64,000 bases of DNA from Oscillatoria sp. PCC 10802 (GCF_000332335.1 NZ_KB235948.1:4222977-4286976); one strand, 5' to 3'. Positions 8,934 through 17,894 are shown, counted from the stretch's first letter. Notes: generated by a model from the letters alone, not told the origin. A program made the numbers and translations.

Positions 8934-10018
8934 CTGAATCTGTGGATGTGCTTTTGGGGGCGGGCGCGGAAGCACCGGCACTGCAGCATTTAATTGCGCC
9001 GGCTGCCGTATTAGAATTAAAAAAATTGGCTGCTAATTTAGCTCCGATTCTGCGGGGTGGCTTTGAGTGCCGGCTGGCTGCAAATACACCCCAAGTAGAT
9101 TTGCAGCAGTGCGTTGTGCCAGACGAGAGCGAATTGACTTTGCTGCGAGAGCACATTGCTGCTGTCACCGGTGCCGGTGGGGTGTCCCCACATCCGGGGT
9201 GGTCACAGTTACAGGATTTCCTTGCTCAGTGGTGCGAGCCACTCTCCCCACTCCATAACAGCATACCAGAAATCTGGCTGGAGTTTGACATTAACAGCCC
9301 ATCTGTTATCCTGCCAGTACCGGCGATTTTCTTTGGGTTGCCCCAAGACGTATCGCCAGCGGTTGAACCCTATCCCATCGCAGCGAAAGCCCTCGATTTG
9401 CTGCTAGGTGAGTTGGGTTGGTGCGCGTGGCGAGACAATCTCTATCGCTGCTTTGCAGCTTGTCCCGATGGCGTGTTTGTCAGTCACATCGGGGTGATGT
9501 TATCGCGAAAGGCACCGGCTTTGCGAGTCAATGTCAAACGTTTGCTTCCCGACTCGCTGGTTCCCTACCTGCAACAGATTGGCTGGGAGGGGGAAACAGA
9601 CGAAGTGGGATCGCTGATGGAGCAGCTGTTGGCTTTCGCCGATCGGATAACGGTTTGTCTGGATGTGGGGGAGAGAATTTATCCCCAAATTGGGTTAGAA
9701 TGTATTTTACTGAAACAGCCCCAAAGCGAACCTCGCTGGACTGCTTTTCTAAAGTATCTGGTAGACGGAGGTTTGTGTGCGCCGGCAAAGGCAGAGGCGC
9801 TGTTAAACTGGCCAGGACAAACGAATCCCGCCGGCGCACCGGCACCTTGGCCAGGTGAGTTGATTGCGGCGTCGCTGTTGCAGCCTCCAAATTGCTTTAG
9901 CGTCTTCGAGCGCCGGTTGAGCCACATTAAAATTGTTTGGCAACCGCAACGCCGGCTAGAGGCTAAAGCCTATCTCTGGTTCCAGCACCAGTGGCTGTCT
10001 GTGGAAAGGAAAAGGTGA
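8918..10018 (+). CDS. hypothetical protein (conserved in lasso operon; function unknown)
   Basis: 366 aa ORF whose start overlaps the kinase stop, suggesting translational coupling. No motif recognised. Codon usage is consistent with its neighbours. Confidence 0.5.
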   Translation: MHSTLAESVDVLLGAGAEAPALQHLIAPAAVLELKKLAANLAPILRGGFECRLAANTPQVDLQQCVVPDESELTLLREHIAAVTGAGGVSPHPGWSQLQDFLAQWCEPLSPLHNSIPEIWLEFDINSPSVILPVPAIFFGLPQDVSPAVEPYPIAAKALDLLLGELGWCAWRDNLYRCFAACPDGVFVSHIGVMLSRKAPALRVNVKRLLPDSLVPYLQQIGWEGETDEVGSLMEQLLAFADRITVCLDVGERIYPQIGLECILLKQPQSEPRWTAFLKYLVDGGLCAPAKAEALLNWPGQTNPAGAPAPWPGELIAASLLQPPNCFSVFERRLSHIKIVWQPQRRLEAKAYLWFQHQWLSVERKR

Positions 10019-10139
10019 ATAAGCTTTTAGGCTTTTAATCTTCTTGTCTGATCAAAGGAGGCAGAGCCTCCAGAACGGCGTTCCCAGGCGGAGCCTGGGA
10101 ACGAGAAACCAAATACAAAATCCAAAATCCTTGCATCCA

Positions 10140-10886
10140 ATGACTTTTGACCTAGATAACTTTTACTCCAGCGAATCCATTTCCGAATGGAAACAGATTA
10201 TCGGCGAGGAGTTGCACTACCATTTCGGTTTCTTTCGCGGTTCTGAAGATTTGGAAGCCGGTTTGCGGCAAACGATTAGGAACTACTATCCTTACCTTCC
10301 TCCGGGTTCGCGCGTTTTAGATGTGGGCTGCGGTTGGGGAGGGCGAGCCAAGATGCTAATCGCCGAGCGCAATTGCTCTGTAGCGGGTATCGCATTCAGC
10401 AGGACACAGGTAGAATATTGCCGTAGCCAGGGATTAAATGTGTGGCAGCAAAATTTGGAACAAGATAAGTTTCAGGGCGAGTATGACCTAATTTTCCACA
10501 TAGAAATTATCTCTCATATTCGCAATAAAGCCGAACATCTGCGCCGGCTGCGTTCCTGTGCGTCTCGCTTAATCTTGTCAGAGAGTTGTGCTGCGGACAG
10601 CTATTCGGGAGAGCGAACGACCTTTGGTGGATCTATGGTTCTTTGCACAGTGTCTGAACTGGTTCGGGATGTGGAGTCAGCTGGCTGGAAAATTCAATTC
10701 ATGCAAGACCGGCGCTTTTCCTCACTGCGGACGATCTCCCTGTGGAAGCAAAACTTCGATCGCGTCTACGGCGACCGGCAGCCTCCCGGACAGCTGGGCT
10801 GTCTTCGCAGTCTTGTTGATGCCGCGCTGCAATCGCCGGTGAGGTGGTGCCAGACCTTTCCCCTAATTGATATTGTAGCAGATTGA
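10140..10886 (+). CDS. class I SAM-dependent methyltransferase
   Basis: Motif I LDVGCGWGG. Start trimmed to MTFDLDN, because the 5' extension from 10044 overlaps a dispersed repeat (GGCGTTCCCAGGCGGAGCCTGGGAACG). Confidence 0.7.
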   Translation: MTFDLDNFYSSESISEWKQIIGEELHYHFGFFRGSEDLEAGLRQTIRNYYPYLPPGSRVLDVGCGWGGRAKMLIAERNCSVAGIAFSRTQVEYCRSQGLNVWQQNLEQDKFQGEYDLIFHIEIISHIRNKAEHLRRLRSCASRLILSESCAADSYSGERTTFGGSMVLCTVSELVRDVESAGWKIQFMQDRRFSSLRTISLWKQNFDRVYGDRQPPGQLGCLRSLVDAALQSPVRWCQTFPLIDIVAD

Positions 10887-10896
10887 GGAATGAAAG

Positions 10897-12144
10897 ATGA
10901 GTGAAAAAATTCAAAACGAAACCGTGCCTTTGCCATTTAATCCGCGCTCGTCAGAGTTTCGCGCCAACCCCTATCCCACTTATCACTATCTGCGGACTCA
11001 CCACCCCATCTACTATCGGCCAGAATGGAACGATTGGGTGCTGACGCGCTACGCTGATATTGTGGAAGTTCTGCAAAATTATGGTGCCGGTCATTCAGAA
11101 CAATTACTCACTAACTTACAGACCTCGGACGCGCCAATTAATCGATTATTGGCGTCGCGGAACGAAAGTCAAAAACTGTTGAAGCTGTGGTTAGTGCTGA
11201 GAAATCCGCCTGACCATACCAGAATGCGCCAAGTGGTTCAAAACACTTTCACTTTCCAGAATATTCAAGCTCTGCGGGAGCGCTTAGAAGCCAGAGTTAA
11301 CGCTCTCATCGAGCGGGTCAAAGATAAAGGTAAGATGGAGATTGTTGACGATGTTGCTTATCCGGCATCCGTGGGAGCGATCGGTGAAATATTAGGAATC
11401 CCCCAACTAGAAGAGGATCGCCGGTTCAAGCTGTGGTCGCAAGAGCTGTCACTATTGATTGATATGGATGTGACTCCAATCAACCAGGAGCGAGGTTTGC
11501 TAGCGTTTTCTGGTCTTGTCGATTACTTCCGCAGTTTCATTGCCAAATGCCGCACCTATTGCCCCCCTCAAGATAACTTGATTGGCACGCTGATTCAAGC
11601 GCAAGCGGAGGGAAAAGTGAGCGAAGAAGAACTCATAGCAAATTGCATCCTCATGTTTTTTGCCGGACACTCCACCACTAAGCATCTGATCGGCAACAGC
11701 ATAGTGGCATTACTGCAGCATCCCGATCAGTTACGCCTGCTACAAGCAGACCCATCGCTGATTGAAATGGCCATCAATGAAGTCTTGCGCTATAACAGTT
11801 CGTTCCAAGGAGTTTCCCGCACCGCTTTACACGACATAGAACTCTCAGAGGGAGCGATTAAAAAGGGCCAAATCGTTCACTGTCTAATAGGTGCAGCAAA
11901 TCGCGATCCAGCCCAGTTCCCCGATCCCGACAAGTTTGAGATTAGACGCAACCCAAATTCATCCCTTTCTTTTGGTCACGGAATACATTTCTGCTTTGGG
12001 TTACACTTGGCAAGATTGGTGGCTAAAACAGCGGTAGGGACAGTGGTGCGCCAGTTGCCAGGGTTATCCTTAGAAACGGAATCCCTCGCATGGGAAGAAA
12101 CTTTCCTAGCACGCGGGTTGAAATCTTTGCCGGTCGTCTTTTAA
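10897..12144 (+). CDS. cytochrome P450
   Basis: 415 aa ORF with the heme-binding loop FGHGIHFCFGLHLA, the I-helix AGHSTT and an EVLR (ExxR) motif. Confidence 0.85.
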   Translation: MSEKIQNETVPLPFNPRSSEFRANPYPTYHYLRTHHPIYYRPEWNDWVLTRYADIVEVLQNYGAGHSEQLLTNLQTSDAPINRLLASRNESQKLLKLWLVLRNPPDHTRMRQVVQNTFTFQNIQALRERLEARVNALIERVKDKGKMEIVDDVAYPASVGAIGEILGIPQLEEDRRFKLWSQELSLLIDMDVTPINQERGLLAFSGLVDYFRSFIAKCRTYCPPQDNLIGTLIQAQAEGKVSEEELIANCILMFFAGHSTTKHLIGNSIVALLQHPDQLRLLQADPSLIEMAINEVLRYNSSFQGVSRTALHDIELSEGAIKKGQIVHCLIGAANRDPAQFPDPDKFEIRRNPNSSLSFGHGIHFCFGLHLARLVAKTAVGTVVRQLPGLSLETESLAWEETFLARGLKSLPVVF

Positions 12145-12152
12145 TCCCTCTC

Positions 12153-12371
12153 TCAAGAATTGTAAATCAACCAGCGCATCGCCCAGTCGTGTTTGTGCGC
12201 TGCTTGCAGTTCCTCAACCGTAAAAGTCACACCGGCTTCAGCGCCAAGTTTGACGAGAGTGTCCAAGTCCGGGCTGTTATTAAGGGCCAAAAGTTTACTT
12301 TTTAGCCCCACATCAGCCCGCACTTGCTGGATAAATTGTAAAGCGGTTTGCACAGACATCCGTTTTCTCAA
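12153..12371 (-). CDS. Nif11-domain protein (stand-alone)
   Basis: MSVQTALQFIQQVRADVGLKSKL...AGVTFTVEELQAA matches the Nif11 fold. There is no GG cleavage motif or core region. The likely start is the internal MSVQ. Confidence 0.6.
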   Translation of the reverse strand: MRKRMSVQTALQFIQQVRADVGLKSKLLALNNSPDLDTLVKLGAEAGVTFTVEELQAAHKHDWAMRWLIYNS

Positions 12372-12475
12372 GAGGGGAGATTAACTTGTATCGGGCGCTC
12401 GAACATGGCAAAGCGCTCGCACCTCTTTTATTATAATCGGCAATTAGCCCCTCTCCCCACAATAACCCCAGACAA

Positions 12476-14488
12476 TTACAAAACATCCAGCCAGATTGCC
12501 AAATCCGCCGTTTTAGCCAGCAGCTTCGACAACCGCCTTTTCCGGCTCCCTTCAGTTTGAGGGTTGAGAAACTCCTGATACTGTTTGGATAAAACTTTCC
12601 TGCTCACATAATTTCCTAAAGCAGATTCCCGATTAAACAGCAAATCTTCTAGCAATTTCGGTTCTTCTTTTTCCAGACCTTTGACAATTATCTCAGAAAA
12701 ATCAATTTTGCTCGATCGCTCCCTTACTTCCGGCGGTAATATATCGATCATAGCACAGCGCATCACTCCTCGTCCCATGCCGTTATAAAACTTCAAAGTT
12801 GCTGGGGCTGCTAAACACAACTCTATCACTCTCTTATCTAAAAACGGGTGTCGTGGTTCTATAGATAAACCGCTACATATCCCGTCTATTTCCTCCGTGG
12901 AGTTGAGAAGATTATCTGAGAGAATCCCCCGAGAATGAGCCCTGTATTCCGAAGGGACATATTCGGCAAACTGACACTCATATTCTCGCTCGATTAACTG
13001 CTGCAAATTAATCTCTTTTGCCAGAGCAGCACTCACGGCTGGATTGTACTGTTGCCAGCGAACTTTATGGGAAATAAGGCTGTGTTTCAATACCCTTAAA
13101 TTTTGCCAAAGCCCCCAGGGTCTGTGACCGACTATTTCTGCAAAAAGTTTCAAAAACTTGCTGTAATTTTCTTGGCTCACCTGATGTTTCAAATAAGGCA
13201 CAATATGCTGAAAAATTTGTGAGTTCAATTTCGTTTGTAACTCACTCTCTTTTACCTGATACACTTTCAGATACGCGACAATTACCTCTATCAAATTTTG
13301 CCAATTTTCTAGCTCAACTAACTCAGCCAAGTAATGTCGCCCGTGAGAAACAATTGTATCGCCGTCATGCCCCGTTAACATCACTCTTGCCCCTTGTTGC
13401 TGGGCTGCCTGTACTGCTGCCAATAATATCACTGGAGTCGGCATTTGCAGGGGTTGATTTATCCAAGAAATAGTGGTTTGAGCAGCGCTAATCACGTTCC
13501 TGTCGATAGGGGTGAAGCAGTGCTGAAATCCCCCTCCGGCTAATACAGCCCGCACATAAGATTTTTCATCGGTAGATTCCAGCCCGCCATCTCCATAAAT
13601 GGTGATTAAATCAGCGCCATTGCCTTGCTGCTTTAAAAAATTCCGCGCCACGCAGCTGACTGAAGAGGAATCCAACCCGCCACTCAAATTCGATGCTACG
13701 GGGTAAGCGCTTCGCAGGCGACAAACCACGGCTTGGGTGAATCGTTCTTGAAATGCCTCAATGTACTCTCTTTCGGAGTTGAGTTTTATTTTTGCGGCTT
13801 CCCCTTCTAAATCCCAATAAGGTTTTAACCGGCACCCTTGCGGGCTGACTGTCATCCAGTGTGCGGGAGGCAAGCGAAAAATATTTCGGTAAAATGTCTC
13901 AGTTTTTAACGCCGCAAATCCCGTCAGCTGACACAGGAAAACTCCCAGCTTTGCATCGTTCACTTGACGCGGCACCTCTTCTAAACTGAAAAGGGCTTTG
14001 ATTTCGGAACCAAAGGCAAAAAACTTGTCGGGCTGGCAGTAATAATAAAACGGCTTGACTCCCATCGCATCTCTGGCACAAAAAAGCTGCTGATCGTAGC
14101 GATTCCAAATGGCAAAGGCAAAGTCACCCAAGAGTTTTTCCGGACAAGACTCGCCCCATTTTTCATAAGCCGCCAGTATCAGTTCGCTATCGGTTATCGT
14201 TTCTCGCGGGTTCCCCCTCATCCCCAAGGCAGCGATTAATTCATCTCGGTTATCAATGCGAGCGTCTGCCGTCAGTACGAGATTTCCCCCTCGCTTCGCC
14301 AGCGGGAGTTTTTCGTGCAGAGATTCCGGCGTCACCCACAACATCCGGTGCCCTAAACCCACAGCGCCTTCCCTCCAGATTCCCGCTCCATCGGCACCGC
14401 GATGCGCTAAACTATCTACCATGCGGGCGAGGGTTTCTGCGCCGGCTGAGCGCTCGTCAAAAAAATAAATGCCAGTGATGCCACTCAT
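12476..14488 (-). CDS. lasso peptide cyclase (C protein, asparagine synthetase B homolog) #2
   Basis: 670 aa ORF. The N-terminus is MSGITGIYFF, with no Cys2. It has the PP-loop SGGLDSSSV and DFAFAIWNRYDQQLFCARD. The start overlaps the upstream kinase stop (ATGA). Confidence 0.8.
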   Translation of the reverse strand: MSGITGIYFFDERSAGAETLARMVDSLAHRGADGAGIWREGAVGLGHRMLWVTPESLHEKLPLAKRGGNLVLTADARIDNRDELIAALGMRGNPRETITDSELILAAYEKWGESCPEKLLGDFAFAIWNRYDQQLFCARDAMGVKPFYYYCQPDKFFAFGSEIKALFSLEEVPRQVNDAKLGVFLCQLTGFAALKTETFYRNIFRLPPAHWMTVSPQGCRLKPYWDLEGEAAKIKLNSEREYIEAFQERFTQAVVCRLRSAYPVASNLSGGLDSSSVSCVARNFLKQQGNGADLITIYGDGGLESTDEKSYVRAVLAGGGFQHCFTPIDRNVISAAQTTISWINQPLQMPTPVILLAAVQAAQQQGARVMLTGHDGDTIVSHGRHYLAELVELENWQNLIEVIVAYLKVYQVKESELQTKLNSQIFQHIVPYLKHQVSQENYSKFLKLFAEIVGHRPWGLWQNLRVLKHSLISHKVRWQQYNPAVSAALAKEINLQQLIEREYECQFAEYVPSEYRAHSRGILSDNLLNSTEEIDGICSGLSIEPRHPFLDKRVIELCLAAPATLKFYNGMGRGVMRCAMIDILPPEVRERSSKIDFSEIIVKGLEKEEPKLLEDLLFNRESALGNYVSRKVLSKQYQEFLNPQTEGSRKRRLSKLLAKTADLAIWLDVL

Positions 14489-15588
14489 ATTATGCCTTGT
14501 TCAATTGCCGCGACGAATGTGTTGAGCATTTTAAAATTTTGGGGGCGCTGCCATTTCCAGAGTTCCACGCGACTGAGCAAGTTAGCGCACTGCTGAAAAT
14601 GATGCTGAAGTGCAGCTCCTTTCAGGATAGCACTCGGACAGGGAAAAAAGCGCGTCAGCATCAAAAAAGCTTCTCTCGGCTCCATTTTGGCAATCTTTAG
14701 CTCGCTCGACAGACGCACATTATCCTCCGGGGGCGGGTTTATTGCAACCCTTTGCTGTGCCATCAAGTTTTCGGGCGAACCCGCCCCTGCGCTGACTGTC
14801 TCTAACAGGAAAATCCGATTTACAGAAAGTGGTGTCAGGGGAAAATTTTCCCGCTGTTGAATCACTTGTTTTCGCGAACCCGGAAACAGCGGCGATAAAC
14901 TGGAGGGATCGCAGCCAATGCCATCCACGGCTGATGGCCATATTTTGATTTGGGGAAATGCCGGCAAAATTACGGGTTGGGGGTGAGAGTCAAGTGAAAT
15001 GGCAACCATATCGTCGGCTAGCACCTGATGGCCTTTTTTGGCAAAAGCTGCAACAGTGGTTGATTTGCCGGCACCTGGAATCCCGACAAAGACTGTCACT
15101 TCTTCCCCGATTTTTACCGCGCTCGCATGGAGCAAAAATAAGCCTTTTTGATACAGTATTAATCCCAGTGCCTCGCTTAAAATATAGAGGTTTAACAATT
15201 GCCGGTCAACAGCTCCTTCCCCAACCGGCGCAACCGCAGTGGGATTGCTCCGGTTCGGGGCAACCACGGGGGGATTGCCCTTGCAATCTGGCTGGACAGT
15301 CAGACGGGTGCCACCTACCGCTAATATTGTAACGACTCCCGGCCATTGCAGGTAAGCTTCTTGCTTGTTGCCGCAAAATAAGGCTTCAATTCCTTGGCGT
15401 TTAATTGAGGTCGGCTCCAGTTTGGGATGTGTGATTTTGCCTTTGACAATGCAAACATCCTCCCCTTTACCTCCTGCGATGAGTTCAGGGAACTCAAGTT
15501 CGGAGGCAATATTTAAACCGTAAGCTTGATAGAACAACATCTTTGCTATGGCTAGTAAATGCCGCCCTAACATTTGTTTATAAACCAA
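14485..15588 (-). CDS. HPr kinase C-domain-like kinase #2
   Basis: 367 aa ORF with P-loop GIPGAGKSTTVAAFAK and LADDMVAI. Paralog of the ORF at 7893-8933. Confidence 0.7.
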   Translation of the reverse strand: MVYKQMLGRHLLAIAKMLFYQAYGLNIASELEFPELIAGGKGEDVCIVKGKITHPKLEPTSIKRQGIEALFCGNKQEAYLQWPGVVTILAVGGTRLTVQPDCKGNPPVVAPNRSNPTAVAPVGEGAVDRQLLNLYILSEALGLILYQKGLFLLHASAVKIGEEVTVFVGIPGAGKSTTVAAFAKKGHQVLADDMVAISLDSHPQPVILPAFPQIKIWPSAVDGIGCDPSSLSPLFPGSRKQVIQQRENFPLTPLSVNRIFLLETVSAGAGSPENLMAQQRVAINPPPEDNVRLSSELKIAKMEPREAFLMLTRFFPCPSAILKGAALQHHFQQCANLLSRVELWKWQRPQNFKMLNTFVAAIEQGII

Positions 15589-15789
15589 CTATCGTTCGCT
15601 CAAACACGCCGTTATAAATCGGATCTTTTGAACCAAGCCCCGACTGAAATTCCTCCAGCATAACATCTGGTATTTGTCAGCCGTTAACTTTAAATTAAAG
15701 GCTAGCATCTCGATTATCTGAGTAATTTTTTATTCCCTCAAACCCTATCTAGCCTTAGTTGAATTTGACAGGTGCTGCTTCGCGATTAA

Positions 15790-15942
15790 TCACGACGGCG
15801 GTGCCATATTTCCCCCCATCCCATCCGTATTGCTTCCCGATGTCGCTTGAGTGATGTTTTGGATACTTCCGTAGGGGGTTAGAGTGGGTTTTTTGTAAGG
15901 CAGTTTGCCTTGGCTGTTTGCTTTATTTCCTGCGTTCTTCAT
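15790..15942 (-). CDS. lasso peptide precursor A1: MKNAGNKANSQGKLPYKKPTLTPYGSIQNITQ|ATSGSNTDGMGGNMAPPS
   Basis: Hand-translated 50-codon ORF that is below the ORF-track size cut-off. An RBS-like AGGAGAAATTATG precedes it. The leader matches Y-x2-P-x-L-x3-G-x5-T-x exactly (YKKPTLTPYGSIQNITQ). The predicted core is A1..D8 (8-residue macrolactam ring) plus a 10 aa tail ending in Ser. Confidence 0.75.
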   Translation of the reverse strand: MKNAGNKANSQGKLPYKKPTLTPYGSIQNITQATSGSNTDGMGGNMAPPS

Positions 15943-16190
15943 AATTTCTCCTGATCCAATGATTTGTCCTTATGGCCCTTGACTTCCGGGGACGGGTTGA
16001 TTGCAACTCGGAGTTTTGCCCGCAAGGGTTCCGGCAAGCCCCGCCCCCTACAGCTTTGGGCTCTGAATGATTCTATCCTACACCTCTAGGGCGGCTTTGT
16101 CAAGGGATTTTGCCTCTTTTTTTATGTCGGATTGTTAAGATTTCAACACTTGTGGATTTTGCCCCGTTCTATCTATCGTCTAGCGGCGCT

Positions 16191-16373
16191 CTAACGCTTC
16201 ACCTCAATGGGAGAATCAAACATGGCAAAGCGCGAGCGCACATCCTGAGTGTCATTGAGCACAGTACCCTCCCACTCCACCCAAGCGTGCGCCTCAAAAT
16301 TCCCCGCCTCCCGTTTTACCCCAATCCGCAATTCGCTGTCAATTCCCTGCCGGCGCAGCACGCCCCACAGCAC
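16191..16373 (-). pseudogene. 3' fragment of the lasso B2 protease gene (duplicated remnant)
   Basis: The 60 aa encoded are ~97% identical to the C-terminal 60 aa of B2 at 16823-17311. There is no N-terminal catalytic region. It lies inside tandem-duplication unit 1. Confidence 0.7.
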
Positions 16374-16479
16374 CAGCGACTTCTTCAGGCAATTCGCCCA
16401 AGGCTGGCAATATTTCGCCGCTAACTGTACCCTGCGGCCAGGTTAAATTTGACAGGTGCTGATTCACAATTAATCACGT

Positions 16480-16623
16480 CTAAACAAGATTTCCACCCAT
16501 CCCATCCGTATTGCTTCCCGATATCCCTTGAGTGATGTTTTGGATACTTCCGTATGGGGTTAGGGTGGGTTTTTTGTAAGGCAGTTTGCCTTGGCTGTTT
16601 GCTTTAGTTTCTGCGCTCTTCAT
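16480..16623 (-). CDS. lasso peptide precursor A2: MKSAETKANSQGKLPYKKPTLTPYGSIQNITQ|GISGSNTDGMGGNLV
   Basis: Hand-translated 47-codon ORF preceded by AGGAAAAATTATG. The leader is identical to A1 from KANSQGK onward. The predicted core is G1..D8 plus a 7 aa tail ending in Val. Confidence 0.75.
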   Translation of the reverse strand: MKSAETKANSQGKLPYKKPTLTPYGSIQNITQGISGSNTDGMGGNLV

Positions 16624-16822
16624 AATTTTTCCTGCTCAAATGATTTGTCCTTATGGCCCTTGACTTCCGGGGGCGGGTTGATTGCAACTCGGAGTTTGGC
16701 CAGCTAGGGATCAGGCCAGCCCCGCCCCCTACAGCTTTGGGTTTTGAATGATTTTATCCTACACCTGTAGGGCGGCTCTGTCAAGGGATTGCGCCCCGTT
16801 CTATCTGACGCCTACCGGCGCT

Positions 16823-17311
16823 CTAACGCTTCACCTCAATGGGAGAATCAAACATGGCAAAGCGCTCGCGCACATCCTGAGTGTCATTGAGCACAGTCCC
16901 TTCCCACTCCACCCAAGCGTGCGCCTCAAAATTCCCCGCCTCCCGTTTTACCCCAATCCGCAATTCGCTGTCAATTCCCTGCCGGCGCAGCAACCCCCAC
17001 AGCACCAGCGACTTTTTCAGGCAATTCGCCCAAGGCTGGCAATATCTCGCCGCTAACTGCACCATGCGGATAGCCCTCACAATCGTGAGATTGCGCTCCT
17101 CACTTGAGAGTGGCAATTTGGCTGCCGGCAGCCACCTCGCCAAAGCAGTTTGCGTGAAACCCAGCCCCCTGAATTTTAGCGACAGTGCAACTAGGGGGAG
17201 CAACAGAAAAGCTTGCAAAAGCAGCCGGCGGGAATTTCCGTCCAGCCGGCAAAAACTGCGGGATTTACGAACCAGTAACTTCAACCAGCCCATGCGCCAA
17301 TAACTCTTCAA
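16823..17311 (-). CDS. lasso peptide leader peptidase B2 (transglutaminase-like Cys protease)
   Basis: 162 aa ORF with the Cys motif ANCLKKSLVLWGLL and His in GNFEAHAWVEW. It overlaps B1. Confidence 0.8.
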   Translation of the reverse strand: MKSYWRMGWLKLLVRKSRSFCRLDGNSRRLLLQAFLLLPLVALSLKFRGLGFTQTALARWLPAAKLPLSSEERNLTIVRAIRMVQLAARYCQPWANCLKKSLVLWGLLRRQGIDSELRIGVKREAGNFEAHAWVEWEGTVLNDTQDVRERFAMFDSPIEVKR

Positions 17312-17588
17312 TTAGATTCCCCACATCCTGCTGTAACTGTTCTGGCTCAATGTCGTACTCAGCCCCCAGCGCATCTATCGCCTTCCCGACAGACTCCCTC
17401 TCTGTCAGCGCTTGCCAGATCCGGCTGCCAACATCATCCAGGCCAAAATACTGTTCCGTCTGGAGGTTCAGCAGCACCGACTCCCCAGCCAAGTCTTGAA
17501 CCAGAACATTGGGAGCCACTGAAACTTTTTGGTTAGTTTGGAATTTCAACAAGTTTGCCCTCCTCTCAATTTGGTATAATTGTATCAC
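17265..17588 (-). CDS. lasso peptide B1 protein (PqqD-like RiPP recognition element)
   Basis: 107 aa ORF with the PqqD-family pattern VLVQDLAGESVLLNLQTEQYFGLDDVGSRIWQAL...DVGNLIEELLAHGLV. Confidence 0.8.
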   Translation of the reverse strand: MIQLYQIERRANLLKFQTNQKVSVAPNVLVQDLAGESVLLNLQTEQYFGLDDVGSRIWQALTERESVGKAIDALGAEYDIEPEQLQQDVGNLIEELLAHGLVEVTGS

Positions 17589-17894
17589 GCACGGCGATGT
17601 TACCTAAAAAAAGACCCGCTGCATTTTCTTACTCCCCCTCTCCCCTTGTGGGAGAGGGGGTTGGGGGGTGAGGGGGGATTTATGCGGCCAATCAACCTGA
17701 CACGATCCCTATTAGAGAAATACCTACCACCGGCTAACACAAAAGTCAACACCGGCACAAAAGAGATTTTATACCCAGCAGGGGGGAAATCCCCCATTAC
17801 CGTATAAGGCGAGTGTGATGAAACGCGCTCCCCTTGCGGTTACAATAAGATAGACGCAAGAGCGAGAGAGCGGGGAGATGGCCTTGACCCGGTT

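Larger units (their letters stand above)
15762..17120. repeat. ~680 bp tandem duplication (unit 1 ≈15762-16441, unit 2 ≈16442-17120) carrying B2 3' end plus precursor gene
   Basis: The two units align by eye at roughly 90% identity. The junction is at about 16430-16441 on the short homology TTAAATTTGACAGGTGCTG, which also occurs at 15758-15776. Confidence 0.8.

Noticed and set aside
10044-10139. N-terminal extension of the methyltransferase ORF
   Set aside because: It overlaps a dispersed palindromic repeat (GGCGTTCCCAGGCGGAGCCTGGGAACG). The internal Met at 10140 gives a typical methyltransferase N-terminus.
12153-12371. Nif11-like ORF as a fourth lasso or other RiPP precursor
   Set aside because: It has a complete Nif11 fold but no GG cleavage site and no core peptide. 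Kept as a stand-alone Nif11-domain protein.
16110-17056. Paired plus-strand ORFs 16110-16424 and 16748-17056 (104 and 102 aa, near-identical)
   Set aside because: They are mirror images of the tandem duplication and lie antisense to B2 and its fragment. Their similarity is explained by the DNA duplication, not by coding.
17600-17797. 65 aa minus-strand ORF upstream of B1, considered as a precursor
   Set aside because: No leader motif. The translation is Gly/Arg/Pro-rich and overlaps a G-rich repeat. The real precursors were found downstream of B2 instead.
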